The position numbers and the translations under genes are program-made. 64,000 bases of DNA from Candidatus Saccharimonadia bacterium (GTDB lineage Bacteria > Patescibacteriota > Saccharimonadia > Saccharimonadales > 2-12-FULL-41-12): contig OY970327.1 of NCBI GenBank assembly GCA_963717365.1, forward strand, positions 267,599 to 331,598. Direction: 5' to 3'. This document shows, piece after piece, positions 18,225 through 27,035 of the stretch (position 1 is its first letter; every line of letters starts with the position of its first letter). The notes beneath the pieces were generated by a model that ran no database searches, was not told the origin of the DNA, and saw nothing but the letters and a program-made list of their open reading frames with translations.

Positions 18225-19223
18225 ATGAGTCAGATTGATGTGTTAAGCGTAGGAGACGTCGTCACCGACGCCTTTATTAAGTTATTCGACGACAAGGCCG
18301 AAGTGCAAGAGACCGAGCATGGCAAAGTACTTTGTATACCGTTTGGTACCAAGCTACCCTTTGACCATTCAGAAGTACTACATGCAGTAGGTAATTCTGC
18401 CAATGCAGCAGTTAATTTTGCTAAACTAGGTCTTAACAGTGGTTTAGTATCAAATGTAGGCGGCGATGGAGCTGGTCGGGATATTATTCATACACTTGGT
18501 CACGCTGACGTAGACACACGCTTTGTACGGGTAAATCCTAAAAAAGCCAGTAACTATCACTATGTACTCTGGTACAAAGAAGAACGAACTATCCTTATTA
18601 AGCATGAGGAATACGATTATCATTGGCCGCATATTAAAATTAAAGAAATCCCAAAGTGGGTGTACTTTAGTTCAATTTCAGAAAATGCTATGGAATTTCA
18701 TGATGATTTAGTCGAATGGCTTAATGAGCATCCCGAGGTGAAATTGGCGTTTCAGCCGGGCACCTTCCAGATGTCAGCTGGCCTAGACCGACTCCGACAT
18801 GTTTATGCCCGTAGCGAGTTACTGGCTTTCAATCGCGAAGAAGCAACTATGGTTACTGGGGGCAATTATGACGACCTACATGATTTGTTTAATCGGCTGC
18901 ATGATCTCGGCCCAAAAATTGTACTGATTAGTGACGGACCAAATGGCAGTTACGGTAGCGACGGAGAAAATCGTTTCAAAATGCCGATTTATCCTGACCC
19001 AGGCCCACCGGTTGAGCGAACAGGGGCTGGCGATGCGTTTACTTCAACCTTTGTGGCAGCCATCATTAAGGGCAACACAGTAGACGGCGCATTACAATGG
19101 GCTCCCATCAGTTCAATGAATGTCGTACAGCACGTTGGCGCCCAAGGCGGGCTCTTATCAGAAAAAGAACTTGCTGAATTATTAAAGCAAGCGCCTGAGT
19201 GGTATAAACCTGAACGGATCTAG
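18225..19223 (+). CDS. PfkB-family carbohydrate/sugar-phosphate kinase
   Basis: N-terminal SVGDVVTDAF and C-terminal TGAGDAFTSTFVAAI (PfkB signature 2). ATG 18225 with RBS GAGGGTGGGG. Substrate unknown. Confidence 0.8.
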   Translation: MSQIDVLSVGDVVTDAFIKLFDDKAEVQETEHGKVLCIPFGTKLPFDHSEVLHAVGNSANAAVNFAKLGLNSGLVSNVGGDGAGRDIIHTLGHADVDTRFVRVNPKKASNYHYVLWYKEERTILIKHEEYDYHWPHIKIKEIPKWVYFSSISENAMEFHDDLVEWLNEHPEVKLAFQPGTFQMSAGLDRLRHVYARSELLAFNREEATMVTGGNYDDLHDLFNRLHDLGPKIVLISDGPNGSYGSDGENRFKMPIYPDPGPPVERTGAGDAFTSTFVAAIIKGNTVDGALQWAPISSMNVVQHVGAQGGLLSEKELAELLKQAPEWYKPERI

Positions 19224-19229
19224 GTAGTT

Positions 19230-20426
19230 GTGAACCGACTCATTTCTGAGGTATTAGATGCACCCGAACCGCATTTTAGTCATGCAATAAAAAATTGGGA
19301 ACTCTTAAGTGGCGGAAGTGGGCATGACCTTCGGTTGCTATCAGATATTGCCCAAGCTCGAGTGCATGCTCTGCGAGAACTTCAACTTGACGAAACAGAT
19401 ACCACCCAGCGAGAATTGTTTTTTGCATTGCGGCAGCGGGCAACCGCGACAAACCAAGAAATGACTGCTTTACTTAAAATTAATGATAACGATACTTCTG
19501 AGGAAGTAGTGCTTAAGATCATTGCCTTTATTGATTCGCTATCAATACAACGTGAAGTCTGGATCATGAAACACTCAGTAGTTAAGCAGTTACTAAAGAA
19601 ACATTGTCCAAAGAAACTGTTAAAAATACTTGGCCTACGTTCGATCGACTCAGTTATTAAACGCACCAGCGCCTATGAACTTCTTGCGCTGGCTTATCAA
19701 ACTGAGACGCCTGAGTGGACCTTAAAAATGCATACTTACTTTAAGAAGCTAAAGCCAACTGATTTTCAAGCGGGAAGAAGTTCAGTATACACCACAGATA
19801 AAAACAGGGTTGCTAAGCTACATAAAGGCGGTTACGCCAGCTCCAATATATTGCTGCCCAACTATGAAACAGGAACTGTATTGGTAGTCTTGCCGTCACA
19901 GCGATTTCCATTGGACGTAATCGCGATAACACTGTCGCTACTACAAACACTTTATGAATTACGTGTCTACAGCGCCTATTTTCGTCTCATTAGTGTTAAG
20001 CCGGATTTTGGACCGCGACTTTATAATCTTATGCGTAATGGCTTGCCTGGGAAATTGCGTGAAACTGAGATCGGTTGGAAAGTACTTCAGCGTCACTTGG
20101 CCCAGTCTTCAGAAGCTTTTAAAGATGTTGAACAGCCACATTTGCAATATGATGATATCGTGCTCACAACACCACTACAGGCACTCGCCGAAGTTATCCC
20201 ATCAATGCATTTTTGGAACGAACATAACCATATATTTATGGCCGGAGAGGGGACGCCGGTGTCCTTCCATTTGCTGGATGTGGCTACCAATGCCAGCAAC
20301 CAGCTGGCGCCTGAATCTGGATTACGAGCACATCTGCAGCAACAATTGTGGGAAGAACTTGGACTACGCTATCTCCAAAGCCCGGAAATCGAACTGTTTG
20401 TACTTGAAGAGCACGCTAATGATTAG
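19230..20426 (+). CDS. hypothetical protein (398 aa, no recognisable motif)
   Basis: Long uninterrupted ORF with a GTG start 6 nt after the pfkB stop. Protein-like composition, no TM segments, no motif I can assign. Confidence 0.6.
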   Translation: MNRLISEVLDAPEPHFSHAIKNWELLSGGSGHDLRLLSDIAQARVHALRELQLDETDTTQRELFFALRQRATATNQEMTALLKINDNDTSEEVVLKIIAFIDSLSIQREVWIMKHSVVKQLLKKHCPKKLLKILGLRSIDSVIKRTSAYELLALAYQTETPEWTLKMHTYFKKLKPTDFQAGRSSVYTTDKNRVAKLHKGGYASSNILLPNYETGTVLVVLPSQRFPLDVIAITLSLLQTLYELRVYSAYFRLISVKPDFGPRLYNLMRNGLPGKLRETEIGWKVLQRHLAQSSEAFKDVEQPHLQYDDIVLTTPLQALAEVIPSMHFWNEHNHIFMAGEGTPVSFHLLDVATNASNQLAPESGLRAHLQQQLWEELGLRYLQSPEIELFVLEEHAND

Positions 20427-20496
20427 CTTTAATTCCGAAAGAAGACTGACTATAGTATGATTAAGCGTAAGCAAAACAATAGAAAGAACTAGCCGC

Positions 20497-21060
20497 GTGT
20501 ATCAAATCTGCGTTTCAGGTGCCGCTAAGGGCCAAAGTGTTAAAGAAGGTCGGGAATTGGCGTGGGCGGCAGGAGTAGCCATAGCAAAAGCAGGTCAAGC
20601 ATTGCTGACCGGGGCAACTACTGGTCTTCCAAACTTTGCGGCTGAAGGCTACAAGGATGCCGGCGGCAAGATGAGTCTTGGTATTAGCCCCGCATCTAGT
20701 AAAATTGAGCATGTTCGCAAATATCGACTGCCCATAAAAGCCTACGATAGCATCTTATATACGGGGTTGCATTACGTTGGGCGTGACTCACTCCTCATTT
20801 GTTCAGCTGACGCGGTTATTAGTATAGGGGGTAGGCTAGGCACCTTACATGAGTTTACTATCGCCATGGAAACTAATACACCAATCGGCTTTTTACAGGG
20901 AGCGGGCGGCGTGAGCTCGCAAATTATGGATATATTGCATGCTGCCGGAGAGTCACAAAGTGAAAACGTTGTTTTCAGTGATGATCCTGAAGATTTAATC
21001 GCCCAATTAACCGAGTTGCTTAATACTCAGCACAAAGGATACCTTGATCTCTACGCATAA
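20497..21060 (+). CDS. TIGR00725/LOG-like (SLOG superfamily) Rossmann-fold protein
   Basis: ICVSGAAKG ... LLTGATTGLPNFAAEGYKDAGG ... ISIGGRLGTLHEF matches the LOG/lysine-decarboxylase-like pattern (GG.GT..E). Confidence 0.7.
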   Translation: MYQICVSGAAKGQSVKEGRELAWAAGVAIAKAGQALLTGATTGLPNFAAEGYKDAGGKMSLGISPASSKIEHVRKYRLPIKAYDSILYTGLHYVGRDSLLICSADAVISIGGRLGTLHEFTIAMETNTPIGFLQGAGGVSSQIMDILHAAGESQSENVVFSDDPEDLIAQLTELLNTQHKGYLDLYA

Positions 21061-21100
21061 TCGGTTTATGCTTTTCCTAAACTAAACAACGAGGAATATA

Positions 21101-21622
21101 ATGAAACGCAATCAAAAAGGCTTTACAATACTTGAAATACTTCTACTCGTGGTAATTGTTGGCGCAGTTTGTGGTATTGCTGGTTACGTAATTAGTCAAA
21201 ACAATAAGCGAGATACGCAAGTTATTACTGAGCCCGTTAACCAGCCGAAAAATACAGAGTCTGCCCAAAGTAGTGATCCAATTGATGAAAGGATGGTTAT
21301 TGCAAATACGATTGCAGATGACTGTATACAAAAAAAATTCGAATCTCCTGATACAACCCTAAAGTCAAAAAAACAGATAATTGATGACGTTATGGCCGCC
21401 GAGATATATAGAAGCGACGGAAAATTCACTTATGTGTCAACCAGTTGCAACGACGGGCCTGGAGGAGGGATCGCATACTACTTAAAGAAAGATCCGCACT
21501 GGAAAGTGCTTTTAAGAACACAGGACAATCCTGGATGCAATTATGTCGATGGCGCAACAGCAGAGGTAATTCCGCGTTGTTATGATGAAAGTATTCAAGA
21601 TCTTCGCCCACCCAAACTTTAA
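21101..21622 (+). CDS. prepilin-type N-terminal cleavage/methylation domain protein (type IV pilin-like)
   Basis: MKRNQKGFTILEILLLVVIVGAV is a class III signal peptide (G/FTxxE) followed by a hydrophobic helix. 4 Cys in the C-terminal part. RBS GAGGA. Confidence 0.75.
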   Translation: MKRNQKGFTILEILLLVVIVGAVCGIAGYVISQNNKRDTQVITEPVNQPKNTESAQSSDPIDERMVIANTIADDCIQKKFESPDTTLKSKKQIIDDVMAAEIYRSDGKFTYVSTSCNDGPGGGIAYYLKKDPHWKVLLRTQDNPGCNYVDGATAEVIPRCYDESIQDLRPPKL

Positions 21623-21634
21623 CCTATATATCCT

Positions 21635-21643
21635 TGCTACAAT
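21635..21643 (+). promoter_or_regulatory. extended -10 promoter of uvrB (leaderless geometry)
   Basis: TGcTACAAT, then 6 nt to GTG 21650. Confidence 0.4.
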
Positions 21644-21649
21644 AGAGCA

Positions 21650-23611
21650 GTGAGCAAGTTTAAGATTAAATCCGATTATACGCCAACCGGTGATCAGCCG
21701 ACGGCTATTAAGTCATTGACTAGCGGATTAAGCGACGGTCTTAAAGAACAGACGCTCTTAGGAGTAACTGGCAGCGGTAAGACTTTTACTATGGCAAATG
21801 TCGTCCAGAATGTTCAAAAACCTACGCTGGTTATGGCGCACAACAAAACATTAGCCGCCCAGCTTTATAATGAGTTTAAACAGTTTTTTCCTGATAACGC
21901 CGTTCATTACTTCGTCAGCTACTTCGATTATTACCAGCCGGAAGCCTACATTGCCCGTTCGGATACTTATATCGAGAAAGACAGCCAGATAAATGAAGAA
22001 ATTGAACGTCTGCGTCATGCCGCGACATCTTCGCTGCTTAGCCGTAAAGACGTCTTAATCGTTGCCAGTGTGAGTTGTATTTACGGTATTGGCTCAGTTG
22101 ACGATTATAACGGCATGTCAGTTAACATAGCGGTAGGGGAGACACGCAAGCGCGATAAATTGTTGAGACATCTGACCGATATCCAGTACCAGCGTAATGA
22201 TATTGACTTTCACCGCAGCACCTTCCGTGTACGGGGCGACGTAGTTGATATTTTTCCAGCCAGCGAAGAACTGGCTTACCGGGTTGAATTTTTTGGAGAT
22301 GAAATCGAAAAAATTACTAAGATTGATCCGTTAACTGGTGAAATTCTTAAAAATCTAGACAACCTGAAGGTATATCCTGGCAGCCACTATGTTACGCCGC
22401 AGGATAAGCTGAAAGTGGCATTAGGTGAAATACAAATTGAACTGGAAGAGCGCCTGCGGTTTTTCAGGGAAAATGGACAGTTGCTGGAAGCACAACGGCT
22501 AGAACAAAGAACTAAATTTGATCTGGAAATGCTGGAAGAAACAGGCTTTGTGAAAGGAATTGAGAACTACAGCCGTTATTTAACGAATCGTGAGCCCGGC
22601 GAACAGCCGGCTACTCTGATGGACTATTTCGCAGATGACTATTTATTGATGATTGATGAAAGTCATATGACCTTGCCACAGGTACGAGGCATGTACAACG
22701 GAGACCGGGCTCGCAAGGAAATGTTAGTGCAGCATGGTTTCCGCCTGCCGAGCGCGTTAGATAATCGGCCACTGACCTTCCAGGAGTTTGAGCGCCATAT
22801 TAACCAGGTAATTTATGTCAGTGCTACCCCGGCCGAATACGAACTAAGCCGCAGCCCGGATCCGGTCCAGCAGGTGATTCGCCCGACACATCTGGTTGAC
22901 CCGCCAATTGATATTCGGCCAGTTGACGGCCAGGTAGATGATTTGATCGCAGAAATCCGTGAAACCATTAAAAAAAGACAGCGAGTCCTGGTGACAACCC
23001 TTACTAAGCGCATGGCTGAAGACCTGACGGAGTATCTACAGGAAATTAATATAAAAGTCACGTATTTGCACAGCGAGGTTGATACCTTGGACCGGACTGA
23101 TATTCTGCGCGATCTCCGGCTTGGCGTCTATGACGTGGTCGTTGGAATCAACTTGCTGCGGGAAGGGCTGGATCTACCTGAAGTAAGTCTGGTTGCAATA
23201 CTTGATGCCGACAAAGAAGGTTTTCTGCGCAGCGAACAGGCGCTTATCCAAACGGTAGGGCGGGCTGCCCGGCATGTTAGCGGCCGGGTGATTATGTATG
23301 CCAACCGTATCACGGGCAGTATGCAGCGCACTATTGATGAAACCGATCGCCGACGGTCAATCCAGGAGGCATTTAATAAAAAAAATGGTATAACTCCTGA
23401 AGGTATCGCAACGGCAATCCATGAAGGTATGCGCAACGAACTGGCAAAAAGTGATAAGCCGGCTGTGGACCTTAAAAAGATACCTAAGGACGAATACAAG
23501 CATGTCATCCGCGACCTGACAGCACAAATGGAAATGGCATCAGCGAATCTTCAATTTGAGAAAGCCGCCGAGCTGAGAGATTTGATAGAAGAAATTAAAG
23601 ATAAGTTATAG
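21650..23611 (+). CDS. uvrB: excinuclease ABC subunit B
   Basis: Walker [15 protein letters not shown] box, C-terminal UVR motif [17 protein letters not shown] start. Confidence 0.96.
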   Translation: MSKFKIKSDYTPTGDQPTAIKSLTSGLSDGLKEQTLLGVTGSGKTFTMANVVQNVQKPTLVMAHNKTLAAQLYNEFKQFFPDNAVHYFVSYFDYYQPEAYIARSDTYIEKDSQINEEIERLRHAATSSLLSRKDVLIVASVSCIYGIGSVDDYNGMSVNIAVGETRKRDKLLRHLTDIQYQRNDIDFHRSTFRVRGDVVDIFPASEELAYRVEFFGDEIEKITKIDPLTGEILKNLDNLKVYPGSHYVTPQDKLKVALGEIQIELEERLRFFRENGQLLEAQRLEQRTKFDLEMLEETGFVKGIENYSRYLTNREPGEQPATLMDYFADDYLLMIDESHMTLPQVRGMYNGDRARKEMLVQHGFRLPSALDNRPLTFQEFERHINQVIYVSATPAEYELSRSPDPVQQVIRPTHLVDPPIDIRPVDGQVDDLIAEIRETIKKRQRVLVTTLTKRMAEDLTEYLQEINIKVTYLHSEVDTLDRTDILRDLRLGVYDVVVGINLLREGLDLPEVSLVAILDADKEGFLRSEQALIQTVGRAARHVSGRVIMYANRITGSMQRTIDETDRRRSIQEAFNKKNGITPEGIATAIHEGMRNELAKSDKPAVDLKKIPKDEYKHVIRDLTAQMEMASANLQFEKAAELRDLIEEIKDKL

Positions 23612-24745
23612 CTAGGCTGCCAAATCCATAGGAATTGCTTCATCAGACTTAGCAGACTGCGTATAGCTGTGAAGCGCAATAATCGGTTTGAAATCGACTG
23701 ATTGAAAACTGCCGCTAAAACCGCGGGCTTCACTGAGCGCCCGCAAGCGCAACTCGATGTTATCAAGTGTTTCGGAGCCAGCAATATCTAAATGTGTACC
23801 TTTAGTTCTTTCTAAATAAACCATCGGACGGTTGCCATAGATTTTGCTCCATTCCTCGTGCTGCGACCATGAATCATTTTTAAATAAACGAATATGCATG
23901 GGTGTGGTGTCACGCGTCGCGCAGGCCAGTTTGCCAGCTTGACCGCTCAACAAATTAGGTAGTTTGCAGAGTTCCCTAGCGTAGTATTCCGGATCGCGGC
24001 GGACCGTACCTATATAATGCCGTCCGCGCGGCTGGAGCACTAACTGTAAACCAAGACGGCCAAGAACTGTGGCCTCTTTTGCCAGCTGAAAAAGACCTTG
24101 TGGTACTTCAGCCAAATGAGGGGCACGGGCAAAGCAAGGAGCGGTGAGGTCAGCATAAACTACCTGTCTTGGCCCGCTATACTGCTCAACGTTGAAGGCT
24201 GCAGCTTTCATGGCTCCGCGTGACTCGCCAAGTGTAATTATTTCATCTTGTCTCACATCTACCGTTGGTAAAATATAGTCAAGTACGCGGTTTATGTCAT
24301 GAGAACTTTTAAATAAATTTCCGGTGGCAGCGCTTTTGAGCCGTTTATCAATGGCTTGCCGAGGGTTTTTCTCTTCGTCTTCAGTCCCAATCATAATCAC
24401 CGGATAGCCAGTTTCCATCATGCGAAGCAGGGTACGGCGGTTATGGCCTTTGGTTGAGGTTAGCCATGCGTTAGTAAACACTACGGCAGTATCGCTGCGT
24501 GTCATTCCAAGATATGGACGGCCTACCACGGCTGGGTAAGTGGTGCCGTCGGACATCTCAAATAAATATTCCTGGATGCTACCGCGTCGGTTACTTATCA
24601 GTTCTCCCAAACTGCAGGCCACCACTTCAGCTTGAAAATGCGGTAAAGAACTATCTGTTGGCAGCATATCATTTTGCCCAAAACTAGGAACTTCCTCTAT
24701 CCCTCCTGAGGTTAACTGATCATTAATGATTTCCTGGTGGCGCAT
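23612..24745 (-). CDS. hypothetical alpha/beta-hydrolase-like protein
   Basis: 377 aa with the candidate nucleophile elbow LGESRGAM (G-x-S-x-G) and a candidate catalytic His in KGTHLDIAG. No closer family recognised. Confidence 0.55.
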   Translation of the reverse strand: MRHQEIINDQLTSGGIEEVPSFGQNDMLPTDSSLPHFQAEVVACSLGELISNRRGSIQEYLFEMSDGTTYPAVVGRPYLGMTRSDTAVVFTNAWLTSTKGHNRRTLLRMMETGYPVIMIGTEDEEKNPRQAIDKRLKSAATGNLFKSSHDINRVLDYILPTVDVRQDEIITLGESRGAMKAAAFNVEQYSGPRQVVYADLTAPCFARAPHLAEVPQGLFQLAKEATVLGRLGLQLVLQPRGRHYIGTVRRDPEYYARELCKLPNLLSGQAGKLACATRDTTPMHIRLFKNDSWSQHEEWSKIYGNRPMVYLERTKGTHLDIAGSETLDNIELRLRALSEARGFSGSFQSVDFKPIIALHSYTQSAKSDEAIPMDLAA

Positions 24746-24911
24746 AAAGCTGTTTCGCGTTTTATGTTCAGATCAGATAATTATTTAGCAACATGTGATA
24801 CTGAATGGTTAATGCTGAATATAGTCCTAATGTGTGCGGTTGTAAAGTACTTTATATAAAATGACTTAACACTGGTTATAGACATAAAATTTCGTTATAC
24901 TAGCTAAGAAC

Positions 24912-25202
24912 ATGGCAGATCTTACTCGTGACGATATATTAAAATTGGCCCGGCTCAGCAAACTTGAACTAACCGATAAGCAGCTGGAGCGTTTTCGCGT
25001 TGAGCTGCAGCAAATCGTAGGCTACGTAGAACAGCTTCAGGCAGTTGACGTCAGCGGCCTACAGCCCACCAACCAAGTTACTGGTTTAACTAACGTTACC
25101 CGCCCTGACGAAATAAAAGAGTACGCCAGTCGTGAGGAATTGCTCAAAAATCTTCCCGCCCAGGAAAACGGCCAGATTAAAGTCAAACGGATGATTACGT
25201 AA
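24912..25202 (+). CDS. gatC: Asp-tRNA(Asn)/Glu-tRNA(Gln) amidotransferase subunit C
   Basis: 96 aa. ILKLARLSKLELTDKQLERFRVELQQIVGYVEQL is typical GatC. Confidence 0.9.
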   Translation: MADLTRDDILKLARLSKLELTDKQLERFRVELQQIVGYVEQLQAVDVSGLQPTNQVTGLTNVTRPDEIKEYASREELLKNLPAQENGQIKVKRMIT

Positions 25203-25204
25203 TA

Positions 25205-26629
25205 ATGGCCTGGAAACTGATGGCCGAACTGGCTCAAGATGTACGGACGGGAGAAGTAAGTGCCGCCGAACTTGTTGAGCGCGCCATAAAAATGATTGAA
25301 GAACATCAGGAATTTAAGGCTATTATTGCCACAACTGCTGACCGTGCCCGGCAACGTGCCGCAGACATTGATATTCGCATACAGAATGGTGAAGATCCGG
25401 GTCGGCTGGCCGGTGTACCTTTTATCGCAAAAGATAATTTTCTAGTTTTCGGCGCCGATACTACCGCCGCCAGTAATATTTTAAAAGGATTCGACGCGCC
25501 ATACCAGGCCACTGCCATAGAACGCCTAGAAGCCGAAGGCGCGATTTGCGTTGCCAAGGCAAATCTTGACGCCTTTGCCCATGGCAGCAGTACCGAGAAC
25601 AGCGATTTTATGACTACGCTTAATCCACATGATAAAACCCGTGTACCCGGAGGCAGTTCCGGAGGCTCGGCTGCCAGCGTAGCACTGGAAATAGCACCAT
25701 TTGCACTGGGAACAGACACAGGCGGCTCCATACGGCTTCCAGCTAGCTTTTGTGGCATCGTCGGCTATAAACCAACCTATGGTCTTGTCTCACGCAGCGG
25801 GGTAGTGGCTATGGCAAGCAGTACGGATGTGATTGGACCGCTGACTAAAACTGTAGCTGACACTGCGCTGGTGCTGGAATGTATGGCGGGACCAGACGAA
25901 CTGGACGGTACGACTATTCCTCGGGACATCAAAGCGTACACCGATCTTCAAACAAGTGATTTATCAAAACTGAGAATTGGTGTGATCAAAGAATATTTTG
26001 AAGAAGGTTTGCAGCCCGATGTAAAAGCCAAAATAGAAGAGGCAATTGTGGCTATCAAGAAAGCTGGCGGCCAGATATCGGAAGTTAGTCTTCCGTCCTT
26101 GCCTTTGGCGCTGGCTTGCTACTACGTGATTTGTCCCGCTGAACTCAGCAGCAACTTAAGCCGTTATGACGGCCAGCGCTACGGTTTTTCAGCGCCAAAT
26201 GCAGCTGATATTGACCATAGCTACACCGGTAGCCGTTCGATTGGCTTTGGAGATGAAGCTAAGCGTCGTATTATGACCGGAACCTATGTACTTAGCAGTG
26301 GATATTACGATGCGTACTATCAAAAAGCCCAGCTGGTGCGGACTAAGCTAATCAATGAATTTAGTCAGGCGTTTCAGAATTACGATATTTTACTTGGTCC
26401 CACCTCGCCCTCTCCAGCTTTCAAAATTGGTGCCAACACCAACGACCCTCTAGAAATGTATTTAACTGACATTATGACTGTGGCGGTAAACCTAGCAGGC
26501 ATACCGGCAATTTCTATACCTGCTGGAGAATGCAATGGTTTACCGGTGGGCTTACAGTTGATTGCGGACCAACATGCTGACTACCAACTGCTGACGGTTG
26601 CTAATCAAGTTGAGGAACTTTTACGATGA
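25205..26629 (+). CDS. gatA: Asp-tRNA(Asn)/Glu-tRNA(Gln) amidotransferase subunit A
   Basis: Amidase signature GGSSGGSAASVA ... GTDTGGSIRLPASFCG. Confidence 0.95.
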   Translation: MAWKLMAELAQDVRTGEVSAAELVERAIKMIEEHQEFKAIIATTADRARQRAADIDIRIQNGEDPGRLAGVPFIAKDNFLVFGADTTAASNILKGFDAPYQATAIERLEAEGAICVAKANLDAFAHGSSTENSDFMTTLNPHDKTRVPGGSSGGSAASVALEIAPFALGTDTGGSIRLPASFCGIVGYKPTYGLVSRSGVVAMASSTDVIGPLTKTVADTALVLECMAGPDELDGTTIPRDIKAYTDLQTSDLSKLRIGVIKEYFEEGLQPDVKAKIEEAIVAIKKAGGQISEVSLPSLPLALACYYVICPAELSSNLSRYDGQRYGFSAPNAADIDHSYTGSRSIGFGDEAKRRIMTGTYVLSSGYYDAYYQKAQLVRTKLINEFSQAFQNYDILLGPTSPSPAFKIGANTNDPLEMYLTDIMTVAVNLAGIPAISIPAGECNGLPVGLQLIADQHADYQLLTVANQVEELLR

Positions 26630-27033
26630 GCTTTGAAGCGTATGTTGCCATTGGTGTTAGTTTTGTTGTGGTATTGGCGCTCACCATTATCATTTTTAAA
26701 AAAGTACCCAAACGGTTGAAGCGCGACTATTACGCAACTAAATGGAAAAAACTGCAGGATCGTTGCCCAGATAAGACCCAGTGGGCAACGGCAATCATGG
26801 AAGCTGACAGCCTGCTTGATGAAGCACTGAGAAAAAAGCGCTATAAAGGCAAGAGCGCTGGTGAACGCATGGTTGAAGCTCAAAAAATATTCACTAATAA
26901 TGATGCTGTGTGGTTTGGCCATAAGCTTCGTACCAAACTTGATGCTAATCCAGAACTACCGTTAACCCAAAATGATGTTCAAAAAGCCTTAATTGGCTTG
27001 CGACAAGGCTTAAAAGACATAGGAGCGTTGTAG
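26626..27033 (+). CDS. hypothetical single-pass membrane protein embedded in the gatCAB operon
   Basis: 135 aa. N-terminal TM (VAIGVSFVVVLALTIIIF) followed by a basic helical soluble domain. ATGA overlap with the gatA stop, and it ends 2 nt before the gatB ATG. Confidence 0.65.
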   Translation: MSFEAYVAIGVSFVVVLALTIIIFKKVPKRLKRDYYATKWKKLQDRCPDKTQWATAIMEADSLLDEALRKKRYKGKSAGERMVEAQKIFTNNDAVWFGHKLRTKLDANPELPLTQNDVQKALIGLRQGLKDIGAL

Positions 27034-27035
27034 GT

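Noticed and set aside
19954-20460. 168-aa same-strand alternative-frame ORF inside the unknown 398-aa gene (possible frameshift or overlapping gene)
   Set aside because: The main frame continues uninterrupted to its own stop at 20426 with protein-like sequence. The alternative frame is Cys/Ser/Leu-rich with no RBS. There is no evidence for a frameshift.
20456-20491. 11-codon mini-ORF (MIKRKQNNRKN) directly after a TATAGT box upstream of the LOG-like gene
   Set aside because: The ATG abuts the -10 hexamer, so it would not be in the transcript. It is too short and unsupported to call.
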